DNA of 64,000 nucleotides from Torpedo marmorata (Eukaryota). Location: positions 87,792,001-87,856,000 of the forward strand of contig OZ360220.1 of NCBI GenBank assembly GCA_977017645.1, given 5' to 3'. Position numbers and translations under genes: made by a program. The notes under the pieces were generated by a model. The model was not told the DNA's origin. It did not search any database and saw only the letters and a program-made list of their open reading frames with translations. Positions 51,626-60,940 of the stretch are shown here, piece after piece (positions within the stretch are counted from its first letter, which is position 1; the number at the start of each line of letters is the position of its first letter).

Positions 51626-52783
51626 ATCATCATGATCAATCTCAGATCTATATAAATTCTGATAATATTCTTTAAAAGATTCATTTATTTCTTGTGGCTT
51701 ATAAGTTATTTCCCCAGTATTTCTCTTCCTTATAGCATTAATTGTTTTAGAAACTTACTATTTTTTCAATTGCCATGACAAAACCTTATGAGCCTTTTCC
51801 CCTAATTCATAATATCTTTGTTTTGTTCTTACTATCAACTTTTCAGTCTTACGTGTTTGCAATAAATTATAATGTAATTTCCTCCTTACTAAACGATTTC
51901 TCTTAAGAATAGACTTATTTCTCTGTAAATCCTTTTCCATAAATTCAATCTCCTTCTCTAATTTTTCTTCTTCTTTCGAATAATCTTTTTTTATCTTTGC
52001 TGAAAAACTTATTATTAAACCTCTTAGATAAGCTTTCAGAGCCTCCCATACCATAAATTTATCATTTACCGAATTATTATTTACTCTTAAAAATTCCTGA
52101 ATTTCTCGTCTCATATATTCACAAAAATCCTTTCTTTTCAATAAAAAAGAATCAAATCTCCAGTTATATATAGTTTTTTCTTTCTCTGGGATTATACATG
52201 TCATTAATAAAGGTGAATGATCTGAAATTATTCTTGCTTTATAAGATATCTGTGTTATTCTATCTTGAAGTTGTGAAGATAATAGGAATAAATCTATCCT
52301 AGAAAAAGAATTATGTCTGAATGAATAAAATGAATAATCTTTCTCTCTAGGTTTCAATTTTCTCCAAATATCCACCAAATTTAAATCCTCCATCAAATTA
52401 ACTATCTTTTTAACTATTTTTGGTCTAACAGATGGTTTAGAAGTTTTATCCATTATTGGATTTAAACAACAATTAAAATCTCCGCCAATTAAAATATTCT
52501 CTTTAGCATCTGATAGATGTAAAAAAAGTCTTGAATAAATTGTTCATCATCAGGATTTGACACATATAAATTCATAAGAGTCCAAAATTCTGAATAAATT
52601 TGACAGTATACCAAAACATATCTTCCTGCCGTATCAATCACTGTCGATTGTGGGGGGCGTGGCGTGATGGCGTAGGTTGGAGTCGTGGAAATACACTCCT
52701 CCCACAGAATTAATTAAAAACTGTAATTTAAAACCACATCTGATTGTTAAAAATACTTAAAAGTTTTTGTTAAGAAACTAAGA

Positions 52784-54298
52784 ATGGCTACAAGAAAAAT
52801 CAAAGATCAGAAGACAAAGAAACCAGGGATTAAAGAAAATCGGGTTCAAGAAGAAGATTGGCCTACCGTATTGAAGGAGCCTCGGGATGAAGTTCCTCTC
52901 CCTCCACGAAAGATGCAGACGCGGCTGGGTAAGCCTGTGGTGACACCAGCGCCGTCCTCCCGGGGAGCTGGGGAAGATGGCGCTGGTGCTCGGAAGAAAA
53001 CGGGACTACTGAAAGAGACGGATGCATCGCGCATGCGCGAAATGACGCGCGCGATTGAAATACAAAGGGAGCTGTCAACTTCAGCTGACAGCCAAGTAAA
53101 GTCGTCCCGTTCTATTCAGTATATCGTGGGACAGGATGAATCTTCATCAGGTTCAACAGATTCAGAAGGAAAAGGAAGAAAGAAGACACTTTCTGTGGAA
53201 GATGATAGAAGATCAGAAGAAATGGAGGGAGGGGAAGGAAATATTAGTGAAGGAGAAGAATTTGACTTGTTGCAAGGAAAATCAGAGGTTTCAACTACTT
53301 TTGTTCAAGCATTGAATTATTTTACAGAACAGGTATCTACAATGAATAAGCGTATTGAGAATGGATTTAAAGCTATGGATACTAATTTTACAAAATTTAA
53401 TGAAGAAATAAAAGATATTAAATATGATTTGAAGAAATATTCTGCTGTTGTGGATAAAGTTATATTGAAAGTTCAGAAAGTTGAAGATAATGTTGAAGAA
53501 TATCATAATGAAGTGGTGGATTGTAAGGATACAGTGGACAAAATGGAAAATACATTTACTGCCTGGGAACTGCAAAGAAATCAACTCTTACAAAAAGTAG
53601 ATACTTTGGAGAATCAAAGTCGTAGAAATAATGTTAAGATTGTGGGACTTCCAGAAGATTTTGAAGGGCGAAATCCAACTGATTTTTTTCAAAAATGGAT
53701 CCCAGATATTCTGGGTAAGGATAATTTTCCTTATGGTCTTGAATTGGATAGAGCCCATCGAGACAACAGGAGGAAGCCATTTCCTGGACAAACGCCACGT
53801 TCAGTTTTGATTAGATGTCTTCGTTACCAGGATAAGGAAAAAACTTTGAGATTAGCAGTTCAGAACGCGAGAGAGAGGAAATCTCCATTGATTATTGATA
53901 AAAATAGAGTGTTTTTCTACGCTGATTTAAGTGCAGTAATAATTAAAGATCGGAAAGGATTTAATCCAGCTAAAGCAATCCTTTGGAATAAGGGTTACAG
54001 ATTTTCTTTTAGATATCCTGCAATATTGAAGGTTCAATTGCAAAACAACCAATCAAAATTTTTTGCGAATTATCATGATGCTTTGGAATATGCTAACAGT
54101 CTACCGAATATAAAACAAGATCAAGATGGGTCTGGATATTCTCAAGTTAACAAGCCTGTTGATGTATCTGTTCAAGATTTGCTACATTTGTCCGAGAACC
54201 TCCAAGTACGTCCAAGAAAAGGTGAACTGGTGGAGTTGATTGAGGAGCTGTCTGATGAACAAGTTAATAAGGATTTGGAAGAAGCTGCATTCGGATGA
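52784..54298 (+). CDS. L1 ORF1p (coiled coil + RRM + CTD, Transposase_22-type), intact 504 aa
   Basis: Heptad-rich region followed by ENQSRRNNVKIVGLPE, ELDRAHR, PRSVLIRCLRYQDKE, FYADLS, FRYPAIL. Confidence 0.93.
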   Translation: MATRKIKDQKTKKPGIKENRVQEEDWPTVLKEPRDEVPLPPRKMQTRLGKPVVTPAPSSRGAGEDGAGARKKTGLLKETDASRMREMTRAIEIQRELSTSADSQVKSSRSIQYIVGQDESSSGSTDSEGKGRKKTLSVEDDRRSEEMEGGEGNISEGEEFDLLQGKSEVSTTFVQALNYFTEQVSTMNKRIENGFKAMDTNFTKFNEEIKDIKYDLKKYSAVVDKVILKVQKVEDNVEEYHNEVVDCKDTVDKMENTFTAWELQRNQLLQKVDTLENQSRRNNVKIVGLPEDFEGRNPTDFFQKWIPDILGKDNFPYGLELDRAHRDNRRKPFPGQTPRSVLIRCLRYQDKEKTLRLAVQNARERKSPLIIDKNRVFFYADLSAVIIKDRKGFNPAKAILWNKGYRFSFRYPAILKVQLQNNQSKFFANYHDALEYANSLPNIKQDQDGSGYSQVNKPVDVSVQDLLHLSENLQVRPRKGELVELIEELSDEQVNKDLEEAAFG

Positions 54299-54584
54299 AG
54301 AATTGACATTAATTGTTATGTTTATTCTGTTGGGAGGGGTGGACTTTTTCTTGTCTGCTCCGTACCTAACCACACACCACTTTAGTGGCGAGGGCCACTT
54401 CCCGAACAGAAGAGGGGGGTTATACTGGTGTAGTACCAGTTATTTTACAGAGGGTTTAGTTTAGTTTTTCTTTTTAATATTCTTTTTTCTTTCTTTTCTT
54501 TGTTTAAGGAGATGTCAGATTTATTACAAATGTGGAAGGGGGGACCGCCTGGTCTGATGAGGAGAGAGTTATTAAATAATAGTA

Positions 54585-57500
54585 ATGGCAGATAGTAAAT
54601 TAATAAATGTTGTAAGTATTAATATAAATGGGCTAAATAATCCGATTAAACGGAAAAGAACATTGGCATATATTAAAAAGTTAAAAATTGATATTGCTTT
54701 TTTGCAAGAGACGCATTTGACAGATGTAGAACATCAGAAATTGAAGAGAGATTGGGTTGGTCAAGTGATTGCGTCTTCATTTAATTCTAAAGCAAAAGGA
54801 GTCGTTATTTTAATTAATAAAAAATTACCTTTTAAGTTACAGTCTATGGTATTAGATACTTCAGGAAGATATGTTTTAGTAAATTGTCAGATATATTCGG
54901 AAATGTGGACACTTATGAATATATATGTCCCAAATATGCAAGATGAACAATTTATTCAAGATTCGTTTTTACATTTATCAGAAGCAAATGAGAATATTTT
55001 AATTGGAGGGGACTTCAATTGTTGTTTAGATCCTATACTAGATAAAACATCTAAATCAATAGTTAGGACCAAAATTGCAAAGAAAATTCTTTCTTTGATG
55101 AAGGACTTGAATTTAGTTGATATTTGGAGAAAGTTGAATCCAAGAGAAAAAGATTATTCTTTTTATTCTTTTAGACACGATTCTTACTCTAGAATAGATA
55201 TGTTTTTATTGTCATCTCATTTACAAGATAGAGTTACTGAAATACAATATAAAGCAAGAATAATTTCGGACCATTCGCCTTTAATAATGTCATGTATAAT
55301 CCCGGAAAAAGAGAAAATGACATATAGATGGAGATTTAATTCTTCTTTATTGAAAAGACCGGATTTTTGTAACTATATAAGAAGAGAAATTCATGAATGT
55401 TTACAGATTAATTCTAATTCAGTGGATAATAAATTTATTATTTGGGATACTTTAAAAGCTTATTTAAGAGGTCAAATAATAAGTTATTCAGCAAAGGTTA
55501 AAAAGGAATATACTCAAGAATTAGATAAATTGGAGAAAGAGATTGAATTTTTGGAGAAAGATTTACAAAAGAGAAAATCAGAAGAAAAAAAGAGGAATTT
55601 AATTGGAAAGAAATTGTATTATAATACATTGCAATCATATAAAATGGAAAAAGTAATTGAAAGAACTAAACAAAGATATTATGAATTGGGTGAAAGAGCA
55701 CATAAAGTGTTGGCATGGCAATTAAAAAAAGAACAGACTTCTAGGACTATAAATGCTGTAAAAAAGAATTCAAAGAAGATAACGTTTAAACCTCGGGAAA
55801 TAAATGATTCTTTTAGGGAATTTTATTTAAATTTATATAAATCTCAAACTGATAAAGGTGATTTTAAAGTGAATGCCTTTTTATCTAAGATTAAATTGTC
55901 TAGATTGAATACTCGAAGTAAGGAATTTTTAGATTCAATATTTACGATGAGAGAAGTTAATGAGGTTCTTAGTTCTTTAGCAAATGGGAAATCTCCAGGT
56001 GAGGATGGTTTCCCATCAGAATTTTATAAGGAATTTAAAGATTTATTGATACCCCCATATATGGAGGTATTAAAACAAATAACGGAAACTCATTCTTTAC
56101 CGGAAACATTTTCTAATGCAATGATAACAGTTATACCAAAAAAAGATAGAGATCCGTTGAAAACAGAATCATATAGGCCAATTTCATTGTTAAATGTGGA
56201 CTATAAGATAATGGCGAAAATATTAGCAAATAGACTTGCTAAATTTTTACCAGATTTAATTCATGAAGATCAAGCAGGTTTTATTAAGAATAGATATTCA
56301 AAAGATAATATAGCTAGGTTAATTAGTTTAATTAATGTGGCACAAAAGAAAGAAGAATTATCATTAGTACTAACACTAGATGCTGAAAAGGCTTTTGATA
56401 GATTAGAGTGGAATTATTTATTTAAAGTATTGGAAAAATTTGGTTTTGGAACTACATTTATTAATTGGATTAAAACTATATATAAAGAACCCTCTGCTAG
56501 GGTGGTTACAAATGGACAAATTTCTTCTAAGTTTTTGTTGACTAGGTCGACGCGACAAGGATGTCCGTTATCACCCACATTATTTGTTTTAGCAATTGAA
56601 CCTTTGGCGGAATTAATTAGACAAGATATTAAGATTGCGGGTATTAAAGTTGGAAATGAAGAACATAAGATTAATTTATTTGCAGATGATGTATTGATAT
56701 ATATGACAAAACCTATTACTTCTTTAATACATTTGGATGTTATATTGAGGGAATATGGGGAGATTTCTGGTTATAAAATTAATTCTGATAAAAGTGAAAT
56801 TATGGCATTAACACAAGGTGATTATAGTAAATGTAAATAAATTACACAATTTAAATGGTCAAACGAAGGAATTAAATATTTAGGTATAAAGATAGATACT
56901 AAACTAACCAACTTGTATAAATTAAATTATTTACCACTATTTGCGAAAATTAAAAAAGATTTGGAAAGTTGGAAGGATTTACCTATAACTTTATTAGGAA
57001 GGATAAATTGTATTAAAATGAATATCTTTCCAAGGATTCAATATCTTTTTCAATCAATTCCATATGAAATTCCTCAAAAATTTTTTAAAGATTTAAATTT
57101 TATTATTAGGAAGTTTTTGTGGAAAGGTAAATTGGCTAGAGTAGCTATGGAAAAATTAACTTGGAATTATGAATTGGGTGGATTACAATTGCCTAATTTT
57201 CAAAATTATTATAAAGCATCTCAATTATGGTTTATTAATGAATTGTTCGATTTAACAAAAGATTCGGCATGGATTCGAATAGAATTAAATAATATAGGAG
57301 AAGATTTAAAGGAAGAAATTATTTATAAATGGAATTCTAAATTAATATTGATAAATGGTAAAAATTCTCCTATTTTTAAACATTTATTAGAAATATGGAA
57401 TAGATTGGATAAAGAGATAGGAGCGAAAGGTTTAATTTCGCCAAATATGCCTTTATATCAAAATAGACTTATTCCATTTGCTTTTAATAATCAGTTATTT

Positions 57501-58379
57501 AAAATTTGGTTTCAAAAGGGAATTAAGAATGTAAATGATTGTTTTGAAGCTGGTAAATTTATTACTTTTCAAAGAATGAAAGATAAATTTAATATATTAA
57601 ATAATACATATTTTGCCTATTTTCAAATTAAAGCTTTTTTAGTTGAAAAACTGGGTCATAATTTGGTTTTACCTCGACAAAGTGAATTTGAATTATTAGT
57701 TATAAATGGAGGTGTAAATAAATTTATTTCTCAAATGTATAAATTATTACAGAGGAAAATGCCCAAGGTAGCAATTCATAAATCAAGATTAAAATGGGAA
57801 TTAGATTTGAATGTAACTATAGAAGAAAAACATTGGAAAGAACTATGTAAGTTAAGTATGACTAAAATTATTAATGTCAGATATAGATTAGTGCAATATA
57901 ATTTTTTTCATCAATTATATTTGACACCTAAAAAATTAAAGAAGTTTAATCCAGCGTTATCAGATATGTGTTTTAGATGCAATGGGGAAGAAGGTTCTTT
58001 TGTACATTCTACTTGGTTTTGTCCAAAGATTCAGGATTTTTGGTTTAAAGTTAAGGAATTTTTAGACAAAGTATTAAGAAATATACTTCCAATGGATCCG
58101 ATGATATTTTTATTTGGTGATATTAAAAGAATTAGTATTATGATGAATTTAAATATGTATCAAATTGAGTTTTTGAGAATTGCTTTAGCGGTTGCTAAGA
58201 AATGTATTGCTATCACTTGGAAATCTGATGTAGATTTAGGTTTAGAAAGGTGGCATGCAGAACTTCGTTCTTGTATACCACTTGAAAAAATTACTTATAA
58301 TTTACGTAACAAATATCATTTCTTTTCGAAAATATGGAGCCCATATATAAAAATGGTTGACTTAAAAATAAAAATTTGA
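54585..58379 (+). pseudogene. L1 ORF2p (APE-RT-CCHC), ~1264 codons with a single premature TAA at 56838-56840
   Basis: ORFs 54585-56840 and 56913-58379 are in the same frame. Other copies read CKE at this position. Motifs NINGL, LQETH, GGDFN, SRID, SDH, FADD, CFRC. Confidence 0.93.
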
Positions 58380-59230
58380 AGATCTCTGAACATTGGATCA
58401 GGCTGGTGAACCTTACTTCCACAAAAATTTTAGTTTATAGTTATTTTTATTCTAGATTGACATTCTCCTTAGTTTTTCTTTTTCTTTTCTTTATTTTATT
58501 TTATTTTATTTTATTTTATTTTATTTTATAGATTAGTAGGGATGGGAGGGTTAGGGAGGGGTGGGGGGGTTAGGGTGGGGAGGGTGGTTGGGAGGGAGAA
58601 AATATATCACATGTATTTTGATAATTTTGCGATTTATAGAATGTATTTTGTGATTTAAAATTTTAAATAAAATATTCAAAAAAAAAAAAAATCACTGTCG
58701 ATTGTATCTTAAAAGGTAACTTTTTATTAACTAAAATAGCAACTCCCCTAGCTCTAGAATTAAATGATGAAGCTATAACATGTCCTACCCAATCCCTTTT
58801 CAATTTCTGATGTTCAACATCTGTCAGGTGAGTTTCTTGTAAAAAAGCTATATCAACCTTCAGTTTTTTTATATATGTCAAAGTTCTTTTCCTTTTAATT
58901 GGATTATTAAGCCCATTTATATTAATACTTACTAAATTTATACTTTTAGAATCCCCCATAATCAAATAATAATCATTCCCTGTCAATCAGATCCACCAGC
59001 GTGTCCCTCTTATTCTGCTGTATATACATGTCCTCCTCAATTAGAATAAAAGACAGAAACATTGAAATAAAGAAAAATCCCCCTATAAAGAACACTGGTC
59101 TTCTGTTTCCAGTGTTACCCCCCTCCATTGTTCGAGAAGCGGCTCTCGCCGCTAAAGTGGTGATAGGTTCGGAAGAAGTGCTCGTAAACCCACCTCCCCC
59201 CAACAGATATATATAATGTCCAAGATATTT

Positions 59231-60586
59231 TCAATTAACTTCTCCCACAATAATATTTTCTTGTTCTTCTTCAACTTGAGTTGAAATATTCTCTCTTGAT
59301 ACCCCGGGTATCTCATCATCTCTGTATACTTGATTTCCCCGATCTTGTTGTTCTGAAGTATTCTGAAAATTTCTTGATTGACGCGGAAGAGCTTTTGCAT
59401 GAGAGAGCGCCGCTTCATGATCCGTAAACAATATAAAATTTTCACCATTGTCCTGGATCCTCAAACTTGCTGGATACTTAAACGAAAACTTATAACCTTT
59501 TTCCCATAGTATAGCCTTTACCGGATTAAACTCTTTACTTTGCTTGACCACCATTGGGCTTAAGTCAGGATAAAAGAAGACTCTATTTCCTCCCATGACC
59601 ATCGGGCCCCTATTTTCCCGCGCTTTTTGAATTGCCATTTTTAAAATTTTTTCCCTGTCTTGATATCTAAGGCATTTCATCAAAACTGGACGGGGTCTCC
59701 GATCACCTTGATTTCTCCTTCCAACTCTGTGTGCTCTTTCCAATTCCATTGGTTGTTCAAGGTTAAATATCTGTACCAACCAATTCTGAAAAAATTGTGT
59801 TGTATCCTGTGACTCAATTCCTTCCGGTAATCCTAATATTTTAACATTATTTCTTCGACTTTGATTTTCCATCTGATCTATCTTCTGTATTAATTGATCA
59901 CGTTGTTGTTGCCAACCCGTAAAGGTATCTTCCATAGTATTCACTCTCTCTTTGTAATCTTCAACATCATCTTCTACTTGCTTTATTCTAATATCCATTT
60001 TGTTCATGTCTTTTCTTACTTCCCGAATTTCCTTTTTCATTTCGTGTTCAAGTTGAATAAATTTTTTTTTTACACCTTTATCTAACTTTGCAATTGCCAC
60101 TAGTACAGTTTGAAAGTTTTATTTTTCTACCCCTTTAACCTTTCTTATAGCTTCCATACCTTCTGAAGATATTTCCTCTTCATCACTGTCTTCTTCTTTC
60201 TCTTCTTCTGATTCTGATGATCTTTCTAGCTCCTCAGGCTGTGGTATAGCCTGGGGAGCCCTAACAGACGTCATCTCCAATCCAGCTGCCTGTCTTTGCA
60301 GCTCACCGAGTCTTGCCGATTCGCGCATGCGCAGTGACTCCAGGCTGATTCTTGTAGTCCGACGTCGGGTGTCGGCGCCATCTTCCGCAGCTCCCTGCGG
60401 AGTTAGCGTCGGCACTGCCGACTCATCCGTGCGTGTTCTCCGCTGACCCTTGGGCTCCATCGATAAGACAGTCCCCAGATCCAGAATGACGGTAGGCCTC
60501 TTTTCTTCATGTACTGTAGATAGCTGTTTTGCCGATTTTAAAAGTTTCTTAAGCTTTTGTTCCTTTGTTTTTTTCCTTGTGGCCAT
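59231..60586 (-). pseudogene. L1 copy 3 ORF1 (frameshift near 60110)
   Basis: MATRKK start and ENQSRRNNVKILGLPE/ELERAHR motifs lie in two frames. Confidence 0.9.
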
Positions 60587-60812
60587 TGTTTCAGTTAGTA
60601 ATACTTTTCAGGGTATTCTAAAATTTTTTAAAGTTAATTAAACAGGCTTCTTAATTTTATCTGTCGGGAGTGGTGTATCTCTGCGTCTTCTCCCTACGCC
60701 ATCACGCCACGCCCCCCCCGAAATTATATGTTTAATTGTCTATAATAAATTTCAATTTTACCCCTTTTGCATTGTGTCTTCTGTCGTTGCTGGTTTGAAT
60801 TTGTAACAAAAT

Positions 60813-60830
60813 TGGGGGCTCATCTGGGAT
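60813..60830 (+). promoter_or_regulatory. Primer-binding site for tRNA-Pro
   Basis: TGGGGGCTCATCTGGGAT versus canonical TGGGGGCTCGTCCGGGAT (two CpG-type transitions), 4 nt after the LTR end. Confidence 0.88.
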
Positions 60831-60940
60831 TTGAATAAAAAATCCATCTTGGTAATTGAAGGAATCCCAGTCTGGTTTAAGGCATTCCTTTTGTAAAGCT
60901 AATTAAAAGCTAGTGTGTGTGTAACGAAAAACCAGCAACG

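Larger units (their letters stand above)
52652..58689 (+). mobile_element. Full-length, nearly intact L1-clade LINE (copy 2)
   Basis: 16-bp TSD AATCACTGTCGATTGT (52636-52651, 58690-58705), 132-nt 5' UTR, ORF1, 286-nt spacer, ORF2, 3' UTR, AATAAA and poly-A. Confidence 0.97.
48835..60719 (-). mobile_element. Full-length L1-clade LINE (copy 3) inserted in the LTR and split by copy 2
   Basis: 14-bp TSD GAAATTATATGTTT (48821-48834, 60720-60733). 5' end G8-CGTGGCGTGATGGCGTAGG. ORF1 60586-59231 (one frameshift). ORF2 58959-49115, interrupted. Confidence 0.95.

Noticed and set aside
54553-54561. CTGATGAG just upstream of L1 copy 2 ORF2 as a hammerhead core
   Set aside because: No stem II or GAAA follows; the other copies read CTGATGG and CTGATTG.
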